Assembly: GCA_951406725.2 (NCBI GenBank)
Contig: OX597817.1
Coordinates: 59,458,001-59,522,000 of the forward strand
Origin: Octopus vulgaris
Lineage: Eukaryota
DNA length: 64,000 nucleotides
Reading direction: 5' to 3'
Part shown: piece after piece, positions 25,809-39,547 of the stretch
Layout of the letters: each line of letters begins with the position of its first letter
How positions within the stretch are numbered: position 1 is the stretch's first letter
The notes under the pieces: generated by a model
Databases searched by the model: none
Told to the model about the DNA's origin: nothing
The model's input: only the letters and a program-made list of their open reading frames with translations
Made by a program: the position numbers and the translations under genes

Positions 25809-27028
25809 ACATTCTGTCTGCTTTTGGTGACAATACTTTTTGACACTGGAGGCACACACACACACAGAAATATAGACATACAAAGAGAGAGATGGGGGAA
25901 GGAGAGAGAGAGAGAGAAACATTGCATATACATAACAAGACGTTCGCACATAAAAACAACGAGAGAATGGGGGGTGAGAGATCGAAACATGAAACCATGT
26001 GATGTCATTTGAATGAGTACCAAAACATCTGGGCCAAAATGTCACATACTCAAGCTACCCACCCATCAATAGAAATGCCATCCCTCTGTCTGTCAGGTTC
26101 AAGATTTAAAGGATGCCACCATCAAAGTTGGTACACTAAAAGGTAGCTTTGGGCGGAATTAAAGAGCTGCTGGAATGAAGCAAAGTCGTAATAATGATAA
26201 TCATCATCATCATAATCGTTTAACGTCCGTTTTCCGTGCCAGCATGGGTTGGACGGTTCAACCGGGGTCTGGGAAGCCAGGAGGCTGCACCAGGCTCCGA
26301 TCTGATCTGGCAATGCTTCTACAGCTGGATGCCCTTCCTAACACCAACCACCACGTGAGTGTAGTGGGTGCTTTTTATGTGCCAGGGGAGGCTGGCAGCA
26401 GCCACGATCGGTTGGTGCTTTTTACGTGCCAATACACGTACAAATTCTTCCGGCTAGAATGCAATGATGGAGTGGGCAGAGGAGAAGTGTTGTTGGTAGG
26501 GCAAGGGTTTGTTGAAGTAATTAAGGTTGTCAGAGTTAATACGAAGATAATTTAAACGAGACAAGTCATGGCAAATACAGTGGTGTTTATCTCTGAATAT
26601 GCATCAAAAGTCTTGCAACCTACTTTGATAACAAGTGACTGTGACCTCATTACCATAGCAGGTGACTCGCACGTGTGTGTGTGGGTATGCGTGCATGTGT
26701 ATGTGTGTGCATGCTTGCATGTGTGTGTGTCTGGTAAGCATGTTGGGCTATACCATAATGGTTTCTCAGATATAAATAATCAAGTTCCCTGGAGACTCTA
26801 GGAGGTACCCTTGGGTCTTCAATAATTGTCCCTCCCTACATATATTAATTTTTCAGATTTTTGCCACCACCCCCTTTTATCCCCACCCCCCACGCTTTTG
26901 TTTCAATCCTCCCCACTTATTAAATTTTGCTAATCTATCTCCGTTAAGATTTCATTGTAAGCTATTCATATTGTTACAACAGTTGAAAAATCTAATAATA
27001 ATTTTATTTTACGTTAAAAACATTATAT

Positions 27029-27408
27029 AGGCGCAGGAATGGCTGTGTGGTAAGTAGCTTGCTTCCCAACTACATGGTTCCGGGTTCGGTCCCACTGCAA
27101 GGCACCTTGGGCAAGTGTCTTCTACTATAGCCTCGGGCCGACCAAAGCCTTGTGAGTGGATTTGGTAGACGGAAACTGAAAGAAGCCCGTCATATATATA
27201 TATGTGTTTGTGTGTCTGTGTTTGTCCCCCCAACATCGATTGACAACTGATGCTGGTGTGTTTACGTCCCCATAACTTAGCGGTTCAGCAAAAGAGACCA
27301 ATAGAATAAGTACTAGGCTTACAAAGAATAAGTCCTGGGGTTGATTTGCTCAACTAAAGGTGGTGCTCCAGCGTGGCCACAGTCAAATGACTGAAACAAG
27401 TAAAATAG
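27029..27408 (+). mobile_element. tRNA-headed SINE, family A (full length)
   Basis: A-box tggctgtgtggtaag, B-box ggttcggtccc, CORE-like ccttgggcaagtg, internal TA/TG microsatellite. Other copies at about 36393, 42079, 43238, 46800, 48466, 49466, 51357 and 56005 (+), and 1185, 2440, 5560, 23510 and 38935 (-). Confidence 0.9.
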
Positions 27409-28592
27409 TATATGACAAAAAAGAACATTACAAGTAAAACTATATGTTATAAAATAAATAGGATATATAAACTAAATAACTAATTCTGGTTTTGGAAAAA
27501 AATCAAGGGTGACAGCCTAGAAAATTTTAAATGATGATTTTTCATTTAGGCATGAGGAGAGAGACAAGTGGATTAAAGTGGCCCGGTACATTATTGGTGC
27601 TTTATTTTAACAACCCCATTGGGTTGAAAGGTAAAGCTAATCTCAGCAGGATTGAACTCAGAACATAATGAGCCATGACTCTATGCTGTAAGGCATGTTG
27701 TCCAAAAGTTGATTAAACTGACTCCCATTACTAGTACAAAACAACAAACACTGGGGAATTCATTATTATTTTGACTGACACAAATTGTGAATCAGCATGA
27801 CTAAAGAAAAAAAAAAAAACAGTTGACAGGAATGGAAATAAAATCTGGAGGGTTCTATTTGTTTTCATATCACATGGAAAAAAAAAATTTTTTTTTTACT
27901 ACCCACAAGGTAATCACAGAGAGAACAAGGACAGACATAGGGATTAAGTCAATTACATCGACCCAGTGCGTAACTGGTACTTATTTAATCAACCCTGAAA
28001 GGATGAAAGGCAAAGTCGACCTAGGCAGAAATTGAACTCAGAACGTAACGGCACACGAAATACAGCTATGCATTTCGCCCGGCATGCTAATGTTTCTGCC
28101 AGCTCGCCACCTTGATGGAAGAAAAATATTTATCTACAGTATATGTAGTCAAGGTTCATGTGGGTGAACCTTCAACATTTTAGGACATTGATAACCTTCA
28201 ACCCTAAGAAGATCAATCATTTTGAGACACAACACACCTGTTTCAGGACACAGAGAAAACAAAGAATTTGCTGTCAGAAAATATGCTTAACAACCAGCCT
28301 GAGTTTATAAAGAACATGACACAGGGCAACTGCCCCAGTTTGTAACACATGTGAGTTTACTACTACTCCACACTGTAGTCAATAAATCTTCATTTTCAGT
28401 TTCTCTACCAATCACCCCAACACAAATCCCCTGCAAACTAAGAACTTCAATGACAAACTGTTTATCCTTACAGGACAAGCTTTTTATGAAATAAGGATTT
28501 AACACCATCAACATGACTCAAGTAATTTCTCTTTGAACTTTTTTTTGATAACCATCATGGCAGAGAAAAGAGTATTTCGTGGTGTGACGTAT

Positions 28593-28975
28593 ACTCTTTT
28601 ACTTGTTTCAGTCATTTGACTGCAGCCATGCTGGAGCACCGCCTTTAGTCGAGCAAATCGACCCCAGGACTTATTCTTTGTAAACCTAGTACTTATTCTA
28701 TCAGTCTCTTTTTGCGAACCGCTAAGTGACGGGGACATAAACACACCAGCATCGGTTGTCAAGCGATGTTGGGGGAGGAACACAGACACACAAACATATA
28801 CATGCACATACACATATACGACAGGCTTCTTTCAGTTTTCGTCTACCAAATCCACTCACAAGGCTTTGGTCGGCCCGAGGCTATAGTAGAAGACACTTGC
28901 CCAAGGTGTCACACTGTGGGACTGAACCCGGAACCATGTGGTTGGTAAGCAAGTTACTTACCACACAGCCACTCT
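28593..28975 (-). mobile_element. SINE family A (full length)
   Basis: Reverse complement of 27029-27408. Confidence 0.9.
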
Positions 28976-29039
28976 ATAGAAGAAAAATAAGCACTTGCTA
29001 TCATGATGAACAAATGCAAAGAGGACTATGATTCCAAAT

Positions 29040-30090
29040 TACAGTGAATGAAAGAGAAAACTCATTAGGATGCTAAAAGGAAATGCCATATCCCAAGCTC
29101 CCCGAAACAGGAATATCTCACCAAAGCAGTTTGTTTGTTTCACATGAATTTGGCCGGTGTCAAAAACTCTGATTGACTATTTGATTCTGCAGTTAAAGTA
29201 GCCTTTTTCATGGACTCTAATGATTATGCCTTTTCGAAAGGTTAACTTTGGCAATGTCTTTCTTTTCAAGATGACATCTGGTGGCAATTTTCTTCTGTCT
29301 CCCAAGCATCACAGTAAATCTTTTCATTTCCGATTGTGCTTATTTTAACTGATTTTTCATTAATACGTGTCACTGTGGTGTCATGCGGCAAATCAAATGT
29401 TAACAGCATTTGGTCTGCATTCCCAATGCATGATGGTTCAATATTATATTTCTGTGGCAAGCTGGCAGAAACATTAGCACACAGGACGAAATGCTTAGCG
29501 GTATTTCATCTGTCTTTATGTTCTGAGTTCAAATTCTGCCAAGGTCAGTTTTGCCTTTCATCCTTTCAGGGTCAATAAATTAAGTACCAGTTTTGTACTG
29601 GGTTGATCTAATCAACTGGCCCCCTCCCCCAAAATTTTGCACCATGTGCCCAGAGTAGAAAAGAATATATTTTCTTCTAACTTTAATAATATAACTCTGA
29701 AAGTTTGTCAACTTTCCTTCGTAATCTTCTGAAAGTTTTTGCGCAATTGTTGTTCTACGTTGTACACTTAAGTCATAATGGTTCATAAAACGGTAACACC
29801 AGTTTAACCAAGCTTTAAAGTCCACACTATCAGCACGATATTTGGTCTTAAATAACTGACCAGCAAGTAATCTTATCTTGGTGGTGCTTGCACCAAAAAC
29901 CTTCATCATATTTGTTACATATCAAATGATAAAGTTCAGTCTCTAACTCAGGGAATTTTGCAGATTTACCCCTTTTGGCATGTTTATTACAAGGCACAGT
30001 TTTAAGTTGGTCATACTGTTTGTGCCAATTTCGAACATTGGCGTCATTAACATTAAAATGCATTCCGGCAGCTCTATTGCCACATCCAAA
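29040..30090 (-). pseudogene. pogo/Tigger-like transposase relic
   Basis: GNRAAGMHFNVNDANVRNW, AKFPELETELY, FKAWLNWCYRFMNHYDLSVQRRTTIAQKL and IGNADQMLLTFDLP. Interrupted by SINE B. Confidence 0.88.
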
Positions 30091-30618
30091 TGAAATGATG
30101 ATATAGTAGATAGTGGAGCAAGGGAAATAAAATGTTGGACAGGTAAACAATAATTTCATTATTATTAAATGCGTCAAGTACATCAACATCAAAATAAATA
30201 TCAAATGGAAATTGTTGTTGTGATACCTGTGCCGGTGGCACGTAAAAAGCACCATCCGAACGTGGCCGATGCCAGCGCTACCTTGACGGGCTTCTGTGCC
30301 GGTGGCACGTAAAAAGCAGCAACCGATCGTGGCCTTTGCCAGCCTTGCCTGGCACCTGTGCTGGTGGCATGTAAAAAGTGCCCACTACACTCATGGAGTG
30401 GTTGGCATTAGGAAGGGCATCCAGCTGTAGAAACACTGCCAGATCAGACTGGAGCCTGGTGCAGCCTCCTGGTTTCCCAGACCCTGGTCGAACCGTCCAA
30501 CCCATGCTAGCACGGAAAACAGATGTTAAACGATGATGATGATGATTTAATTTCTCCTTCGCAGTAAATGATTCATAAGTTTTGTTGTGCAAATTTTAGG
30601 GAAAAAACTCGTAATATT

Positions 30619-33310
30619 ATGGAAAACTTGTTTGCAGGTTTGCTTGAGTTACAAAAACAGCAACTGAAAGGACTACAACTGCAAGAGCAACAGCTGAAGC
30701 AACAACAACTGAAGGAGGCGCAATGGCCCAGTGGTTAGGGCAGTGGACTCACGGTCGTAAGAACGTGGTTTCAATTCCCAGACCGGGCATTGTGAGTGTT
30801 TATTGAGCAAAAACACCTAAGATCCATGAGGCTCCGGCAGGGGAGGGTGGTGAATCCCGCTGTACTCTTTCACCACAACTTTCTCTCACTCTTCCAAAGC
30901 AGAGGAGCCATGGTGTAACCCACTATGGTGTGGTAAACTTTCAGACCCTAGTCTAGATTGCGAATCCTCTGTACCCCAGGATGGTTCAGCTCTCCACCCA
31001 TTAAAACCCACTGTTTACAGAATGAGGATAACAACGTAGCTTTCACGCTCATGCAACCATCAGTCTATCGCGTGTGGTGGGTGGATCTTCAAGTTGCCAC
31101 ACGCATTCTTAGTAGCTTAGAGTGGGCTCGTATTAGAGATTATTCTTTGTGGCTAATGGCGTGAGTCCTAAGAAGAAGAAGACAAATACTGAAAAAACAA
31201 CAACAGCAGCTCGACAACAACAATATTATAGCAACTAAAGCTGCAATTACTGAAGTTGTGAGGAAAGTGAGAAAAAGTGTTCTCGACAGACTTTGTCTCA
31301 GACTCCATAACAGAGTTCAAATATGAATCTGATGAAGGAGTTACCTTCGAAGCATACTACAGAAGATATGAGAAAATCTTGGAGAAAGAATGGTAAAGAT
31401 TGGGATGATGAGATGAAAATGCACTTAATCTTGAGAGAATTGGTGGCAGCAGAACCTGAATGATACAGTAATTATGTACTCTCAAGAAAACCTTCTCAGA
31501 CATAAACTTTAATGGCACAATAGACATATTGTGTAAAAGTTTCAGTGAAAAAAGCTCGTTGTTCAACACAGGTTGGAAATGTTTGAACATAGAGAAAAAC
31601 AATGATGAGGACTACATCAGATATGCTGGTAGAGTTAGCAGGGAATGTGAGAAGCTTAAGCTGGATGAATTAACACCAGATATGTTCAAATGCCTGATTT
31701 TTACACAGGGACTTACTGCTGAAAAAGACGCAGAACCTAGAACTAGAATTCTCGCAAAACCAGGATGTAATCTTACAGCAAATATCAGAAGAATGTGAAA
31801 GGATGGTCAAATTAAGACATGACACAGGAAACTGAACAGAAAGATTGTTTCTAAGTAAAGCAAGTGTGAAGCAATCAGAATAAAGATAAAGTGTTTCCTG
31901 AAAACCACAACAAAAATCTGGAAATTAACCCATGTTTTACAAACAAAAAAAGGTAAAGATTAATGTGTTAAAAAATTCACATAATCTATTCGGCACAGAG
32001 TGGATGGAACTATTCAAAGTATGGAATACACCCGTAAGTGTTCTGTATGGATATATAATCAGTTCAGTCAATGATTGAAATGAGGCTGAAGGACTGAAAC
32101 AAAAAACTGCAGTAAAACCGAGTGGAACACTTGTATCTAAGTCAAAGCAAAATAAAAAAAATTGCCCACAATAAAAAGTAAACATTGTTACTTGTATGTA
32201 AGTCAAAGCAAAATAAAAAAATTGCCCACAATAAAAAGTAAACATTGTTCATAGACTACACATCGATTCCACTGGTCCTCTAAATGGCTCATACTACTTA
32301 GTGGTAGTTGATAGTTTTTCAAAATGGCTAGAAATTCACAAATGTAAACAAACCAACCTCCTCGAGGGTGCTAAATTCTTTACATGAATTTTTTGCAAGA
32401 TTTGGCATCACAGACATGATAATGTCTGACAATGGAATGTAATTTGTGTCTGTTGAAGTAAAAAAATGTTGTGAAATGTTCACCATAGAACATATAACTA
32501 TGGCTCCATACCATTCCAGATCTAATGGACAGACAGAACGCTTTGTCGATACCTTCAAAAGTCCTTAGAAAATCGAATAAGGAAGTCACAGCATGAGGTA
32601 GGTCTACAACAATTTTTAAAAGTGTACCGTTTGACACTGAGCCTGAATACACCAGCAGAGCTGACGTTTGCAAGGAAAGTAAGATCAGTCTTTGATGAAT
32701 TGTTACCTGGCAAGAAAATGTGCCAAGGAAGACAAAACAAGATTCTTTAAAGTTGGCAAAAAGGTGTATATGAAGGCATGCAAGAATAGAAAGCAGATTT
32801 GGGAAGATGGCGTAATTACCAAATGCATAGGTAAAATGATGAATTGGGTAAAAAGTAGAATAGGCATACGAAAGAGACACAGGAACCAACTGAGAGGTTT
32901 GTGGAAAATGAACCAAAGAAGTTGGAGGAACCGATGGAATGGTTGTATGATATGTTCCAAGTACCAATGCCACTGCTGGTGATTGAACCTAGGCGTACAA
33001 GTGAGAGGAAAAGAGAACGTACAGAGTTCCTGGAAATGGATGCCAAGTGCAAAAAGTGTTAAATTGTATGAAAAATAAAACTCAAAAAAGGGTAGTGGAG
33101 TGAATAAAAAAAATTATTGCTAAACAAAATGACATTTCGTCAGAAAAACCTAAAAATGGAGATGTTGTAGGGAATTAGTAATAATGGTACTTCCCCTCCC
33201 ACATGACAAATGGAATAACCTAGTCACTATGAGTAAAGGGAGTATGTAGCAGGCAGTCAGAGACAGTCGTGTCTTTACTGGTTTTACTAAATATACTGTA
33301 CACCAAAGTG
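30619..33310 (+). mobile_element. Decayed Ty3/Gypsy LTR retrotransposon (gag and integrase, RT region deleted)
   Basis: gag-like DEGVTFEAYYRRYE and FKCLIFTQGL. Integrase RLHIDSTGPLNGSYYLVVVDSFSKWLEI and PYHSRSNGQTERFVDTFK. Purine tract then TGTTGTA near 33162. Confidence 0.85.
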
Positions 33311-34068
33311 GCATTATAATAACCCAAACATTTAAAGGATATTAAACAACCAAAAATGAAATTTTCTTCATTTTAATTTTAAGTTTAATTCATACAAAAA
33401 TTCCTTATCATTCTTGTTTCATCAGTGAACCTTAGGGAGATTGCTCTAAGACACCCACATTGTGTTCTCACTGATATGTAGTCATGGCAACAATATAGTT
33501 TTTAAAGATAGCTTTACACACACTGGCTGGTTCAGATGTTTTAATATTTACCTACCACCTACAGTATGTATTTACCTACTTCACTATGTGTTTAGCTACA
33601 ATACTACAAATTTACCTTCCCTGTGTGTTTAGCTGTGGAAGCACATGGCCTAGTGGTTACAGCAGTGGACTCGCAGTCGAAGGATCGCGGGTTCAAATCT
33701 CAGACTGGGTGATGTGTGTGTTTATGAGCGAAGCACATAAGCTCCACGCGGCTCCAGAAGGTAATGGCAAACTTCTACTGACTCTTTCGCCACAACTTTC
33801 TCTCACTCTTTCCTCCTGTATCTTGCAACTCACCTGCGACGGACCAGCGTCCCGTCCAAGTGGGGAACCTATATGCCAAGGAAACTGGCCTATGAACCAG
33901 GTGTGGCTCAAGAAGGAACAAACATCTGTTTAGCTATTTTGCTTATGTGTTTAACTGCAGCATTAAGTGTTTACCTACTCCACTACACATTTAGCTACTT
34001 CACAATGTGTTTGACTTGTTCCCATCTGAGGAGAATATTCAAAGCTGAAACAGCTTCGAATATTTAAA

Positions 34069-34070
<2 letters not shown>

Positions 34071-34104
<34 letters not shown>

Positions 34105-35502
34105 TGTGTACAGTGCTCAGGTGCACTACAACTCATCTAAAGTGTATATATAATCAGGTGTAGTTTCAGCGGATTTCGGAAAGCATGAGGGCCTTAAAAG
34201 ATGCAGTGTCATGGCAGTCAACAACTGATGCAGGCAGTTTATTCCATGCTTCAGCAACTCTGAGCGTGAAAAAATGTTTCCGAAAGTCATGGGAGCTGTA
34301 TTGTTTTCTGACTTTGTAGGCATGTCCACGTGTGTTAGACACATGGAGATCAAAAAGGTGTTCAGTGTTGTTGTTGGTGAGGTGGTTGATAACTTTGTGG
34401 GTGTTTACCAAGTCCGTCGCCAAACGCCGGAGCTTCAGTGAATCCATGCCCAGGGAAACAAGGCGCTCAGAATATGGTAGGTGTCTGATGGAGAGTATGC
34501 GTTTGGTTGCACGTCTCTGGACAGATTCCAGGAGGTCAATGTTCTGTGCAAGATAGGGGTTCCAAACTGATGATGCGAATTCCAAGTGTGGTCGTACCAT
34601 AGCTGTATACAGTTTTAAATAGATGGCTGGAGAGCGGCTAACAAAAGACCTGCTGAGTGATGCCAAGACACCCTCGGCCTTCCTGACAATCTTAGAGATA
34701 TGCTTTGACCAACGCAAATCACTGCTGACAGTGATGCCTAGGTCACGCTCGCAAGAGGATTTCTTGATATCAGTGTTGTGGAGGGAGTATGTGAACGCAG
34801 GGTTTTTTCTCCCAAAATGCATGGTGGTACACTTGTCCACAGCCAGTTTCAGTTGCCAGTCTGTGATCCATTGCTGCATTGTGTCTAGGTCTGATTGCAG
34901 GAAAGAGTTGTAGACATCAGGATCTGTCCTCTTGATTTCAAGGTACAGCTTGATGTCGTCTGCATATTTCAATACTGTGGCATTCTTTAAATTGGCATCT
35001 ATGTCGTTAATGTATGCCACAAACAAGAGGGGACGAAGGACAGATCCCTGTGGTACACCCGATGACATCTCATATGGTGTAGAGTGCTGTCCTAGAACTG
35101 TGACTACCTCCTTTCGGCTGAGGATGAAGGATTTCAACCAGTTAAAAAGGTCATCCCCCACACCCATTGCAGAGAGTTTCACCATAAGCCTTTTGTGTGG
35201 CACAGAGTTGAAAGCCTTAGCAAAGTCAAGGTAGACAACATCCACCCATGAGCCACTGTCAGTAATCTGAGTAATGTCCTCAAGGAACTCGACAAGCTGG
35301 TCACTGCAGCTGGAGTTAGGGACAAATCCATATTGTGAGGGTCGGATGAGACTGTGAGAGCTCCAGAAGTTCCAGAGTGTTTCTCTGACACATGATTCCA
35401 TCAGTTTTGCAATACAGCTAGTGAGACTGACTGGGCGATAGTTGACAGGTGATGTGCGGTCGCCCTTTTTGAACAGAGGAATGACACTGGCAGTTTTCCA
35501 CT
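34071..35502 (-). mobile_element. 5'-truncated CR1-group LINE with (TTA)n tail
   Basis: Continuous RT frame from WKTASVIPLFKKG onward, 3' UTR, tail at about 34071-34103. Confidence 0.92.
34166..35401 (-). CDS. Reverse transcriptase domain of a CR1-group LINE (partial ORF2)
   Basis: QYGF, LDFAKAFNSVPH, GVPQGSVL, YADD, ERDLG, RPHLEFASSVW and LESVQRRAT. 411 codons without a stop. Confidence 0.9.
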   Translation of the reverse strand: MESCVRETLWNFWSSHSLIRPSQYGFVPNSSCSDQLVEFLEDITQITDSGSWVDVVYLDFAKAFNSVPHKRLMVKLSAMGVGDDLFNWLKSFILSRKEVVTVLGQHSTPYEMSSGVPQGSVLRPLLFVAYINDIDANLKNATVLKYADDIKLYLEIKRTDPDVYNSFLQSDLDTMQQWITDWQLKLAVDKCTTMHFGRKNPAFTYSLHNTDIKKSSCERDLGITVSSDLRWSKHISKIVRKAEGVLASLSRSFVSRSPAIYLKLYTAMVRPHLEFASSVWNPYLAQNIDLLESVQRRATKRILSIRHLPYSERLVSLGMDSLKLRRLATDLVNTHKVINHLTNNNTEHLFDLHVSNTRGHAYKVRKQYSSHDFRKHFFTLRVAEAWNKLPASVVDCHDTASFKALMLSEIR

Positions 35503-37957
35503 GGAAGAGAAAAATTAAATATTTGTCGCAGGATCAAATGCCTATTGTTTTTGTTTTACTTCCTGCAGGGATTTTACTCACTGCAGTAGAATTTACCAAT
35601 GTCAAACCATGTTCTATCAGATATGTTCCCCATTGAACTATTATTGTTGAATTTATTTGCAGCCTTTACTTCCAATAATCAATCACACTGCAACAAAGAA
35701 ATAAATATTTCTGGAGTTGATTTTCTTTTTTTACTTCCATTTAAATTCAGACCAAATTACTTGTGTTTTTGATTCCTGTTAGGTCTTTGGTAAATTATAA
35801 ATGTAGTTAAGATGAATGTTTGAAATAATAAATGAAGGAAAACTAAAACAAAAAAAAAAATGAAAGAAAAGTGCCTGTCTTTTTAAAATTTATTTATTGG
35901 TTTCTAATTTTGGCACAAGGCCAGCAAGTTTGGGGGAGGGGATAAGTTCATTACTAATGTACAACTGGTATTCTTTTTATCCCCCCTGAAAGGATGAGAG
36001 GCAAAGTCGACCTCGGTGGAATTTGAACTCAGAACATGAAGACAGACAAAATGCTGCTAAGCATTTTTTCCAGCATGCTAATGGTTCTGCCAGGTCAGTG
36101 ACTTTTTTTTTTTTATCTATTTACAAATATTAGAAAAAAAAAAAATATTCTTATTTACTATTATCAATTTCAAATTTTGACACAAGGCCAGTGATTATGG
36201 GGAGGGGGTTAGTCAATTGCAAAAAACCCCAGTACAGAACTGGTACTTATTCTATCAACCTTGAAAGTATCAAAAGTCAACCACAGCAGAATTTGAACTC
36301 AGAACGTGTAAACAGACAAAAGGCAGCTAAGCATTTTGCCCCACATTTTAACGACTCGGCTGGCTTGCCATTGTTTTTTATTTACTTACAAATAGGCACA
36401 GGAGTGGAGTGGCTGTGTGGTAAGAAGCTTGCTTCCCAACCACATGGTTCTGGGTTCAGTCCCACTGCTTGGCACTTTGGGCAAGTGTCTTCTACTATAG
36501 CCTTGGGCCGATCAAAGCCTTGTGAGTGGATTTGGTAGACAGAAACTGAAATAAGCTTGTCGTATATATAACAGCACGGAGTTTTGTCAGTGAACAGGTC
36601 ACAGTCTCAAAGCGACGAAAATATTTTGACAAATTTAAGTGTTGAAGTGAATCTAACAGTTTTTGTGTTTCTTAAATGGCTTATAAACACCTTCCACGCT
36701 GCAATTGTTTTCGTTCCAGCACACGATCTCAGATCAGGTCACTTGCTATGCAAGTACATCTCCGTAATATATATATATATATATAGGGTGGGGTGTATGT
36801 TTGTGTGTCTGTGTTTGTCCTTCCACCGCTGCTTGATAACTGATGCTGGTGTGTTTACGTCCCTGTAACTTAGCGGTGTGGCAAAAGAGACTGATAGAAT
36901 AAGTACTAGGCTTACAAAGAATAAGTCCTCGGGTTGATTTGTTTGACTAAAGGTGGTGCTTCAGCATGGCCGCAGTCAAATGACTGAAACAAATAAAAGA
37001 ATAAATATTAATTAAAAAATATAAAATTTTTATTTACTAATATTAAAAACCTGTACACGTCGGCTGAGACATGGAGGAGAAGTCCTTCATGTGTTGAGTA
37101 AATTTATGTGCATTAGCCACATGTGTGTTTTTACATCTGTTGTTGCAGCTTGATGTCAAGATTTACCTGAAGGAGAAAAGTGAGAGAAAGAAAGTGAGGA
37201 CAAGTGGGAGAGGCAAATAGGAACATCTGACAGGATAAGCAAAACTGGCTCAAACCAGCCAAATGGCTGAGAAAGTCTCTGGGCAGTAATGTAGCACAAG
37301 GCAACCAAGTCTTTTAATTTTGACCAAGTTTGGCATCAAGGTACAATACAGTATATAATATATAGAGACAAAACCCCTTTTTATTTCTTTATTACCCTCA
37401 AGGGGCTAAACATAGAGGGGACAAAGGGATTAAGTCGATTAGATTGACCCCAGTGTGTAACTGGTACTTAATTTATCGACCCCGAAAAGATGAAAGGCAA
37501 AGTCGACCTTGGCGGAATTTGAACTCAGAACGTAGCGGCAGATGAAATACCGCTAAGCATTTCACCAGGCACGCTAACGTGTCTGCCAGCTCGCCGCCTT
37601 AAAACCCCTTCTTTCATCAGTATATTCTTTTTGTGTATTATTTTTATGATGTTTTTAGTATTTTATAAATGTTTACTTCTACCCAAAGATGAAGCAAATA
37701 TGAAGAGGAGCTTCATATCAGAAGAGAAAGAGAGAGAAAAGGAGGAATTACTGAAGCGAAATGAAGAGCCATTGTTGAATTAAGTTGTTGAAAATGGAAA
37801 TCAAAATAAACAATGAAAAAATGATGCACTATATTTGTGAAAGTGAAAGATGTTAATCAAGATGATGACAAACTTTTGGGTTGCTCAAAGTGATAATAGG
37901 GTCCATCAAACCCTTCACAATGATTCTACTTCAGATGACAAACATACAGATGGTTCT

Positions 37958-38545
37958 CATCATCATCATCATTTAACGTCCGTTTTCCATGCTGGCATGG
38001 GTTGGACGGTTTGACTGGGGTCTGGGAAGCCAGGAGGTTGCACCAGGCTCCAGTCTGATCTAGCAGAGTTTCTACAGCTGGGTGCCCTTCTTAACGCCAA
38101 CAAGTCTGAAAGTGTAGTGGGTGCTTTTTATGTGCCACCAGCATGGGAGCCAGTCAAGGTGGTACTGACATTGGCCACATTCAGATGGTGCTTTTTATGT
38201 GCCACCAGCACAGGGATCGCAATTACAATTTCCTTTTGATTTTTATTTTGATGTACTTGACTCAATAGGTCTCAAGCAGTTGCCTTACAATCCAAGGTAC
38301 TTTTGCGTGGGCTGGGACTAGTTATGTGACACTGGTGTAGGTTGCAGCTGTGAACTCACTTTATTTGCTGGGTCTTCACAGTCACAGCATATCTCCAGAA
38401 GGCTTGGTCTTTCATAATCGCCTTTGTGAGGCCCAACGTTCGAAGGTCATGCTTGACCACCTCATCCCATGCCTTCCTGGGTCAACCTCTAGCCCGGATT
38501 CCTTCAACTGTTTGGGAGTGGCACTGCTTCACACAGCTCTGTTCA
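37958..38545 (-). mobile_element. RTE 3' end, tail family C
   Basis: (GAT)n tail and ggcgttaggaagggcatccagctgtagaaac-type block. Shorter copies at about 783, 14082, 17750, 25152, 26200, 30168, 41262, 42655 and 47755. Confidence 0.85.
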
Positions 38546-39547
38546 TAATAATAAGAAAAACAGTTTAGACATAACCTCAGCAGATGAACTTGAAAGGTGC
38601 AGGTTTGTGGTCAGAAATTATAAATGATGATTTAAGGCGGCGAGCTGGCAGAAACGTTAGCACGCTGGGTGAAATGTTTAGCGGTATTTCGTCTGCCGCT
38701 ATGTTCTGAGTTCAAATTCCGGCGAGGTCGACTTTGCCTTTCATTCTTTCGGAGTCGATTAAATAACTTGTTACTTCTGTTTAATTTTGTTAATCATTTT
38801 GTGTCTAAAGACTTAGTCTTAATTAAAACTATCATGTGCGGTTGCCGCATTAATTTTGTTAATCGTTTGAGGCTGCAGTCCAATGACGGAAACAAGCAGA
38901 AAGTAAAGGTGTTATCTTTTGTCTTATACCATTTACTTGTTTCATTCACTGGACTGCCATACTGGGGCACCACATCAAAAATTTTAGTCAAATCAACTGC
39001 TGTAGTTATTTTAATTTTTTTTTTTATTTGAGCCAGATTTTATCAGTCTTTTTGCTGAATTGCTAAGTTATGGGGACATAAACAAACCAACACTGGTTGT
39101 CAGTCAGTGGTGGGACACATACACACACGACAGGCTTCGTTCAGTTTCCGCCTACTCACAAGGCTTTTGTCAGCCAGGTCTCCTATGTTATGCAGTGGGA
39201 ATGAACCTGGACCTATATGGTTGGGAGGCAAACTTCCTTCTACACGGCCACGCCTCACCATTGCTGTTTACTTTTACACACATGTACATTATTACCCTGC
39301 ATCTCTGATGATATCTACAAAACCATATTTGCAAGGGTCTCCATGTCTGCTACAATATCAGACTATTACCCATTCCCATTATCGCATTATTTATTTCTAA
39401 TGTTAATTAGTTGTAACCCTGATGAGTTAACTCAATGTTTCCCAAGGTTATTTTGTTGTGGAACCTTTAAACAGTTGTTCATAAATGTGCAGAAATCACA
39501 TCTACATTTTGCGGGCACCCTTACCATAGCCTTAATTTTATTAAAAC

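Noticed and set aside
31060-31170. Possible HDV-like ribozyme (GGCTAATGG)
   Set aside because: P1, P3 and L3 could not be assembled.
31329-31356. CTGATGA AGG..CCT TCGAAG hammerhead-like string
   Set aside because: No GAAA or stem III, and it lies in Gypsy gag coding sequence (SDEGVTFEA).
34024-34064. CTGAGGA...GAAACAGCT
   Set aside because: Folds as a simple 31-bp hairpin with no stem I or II topology.
39413-39450. CTGATGAG TTAA CTC motif
   Set aside because: No GAAA half of the core.
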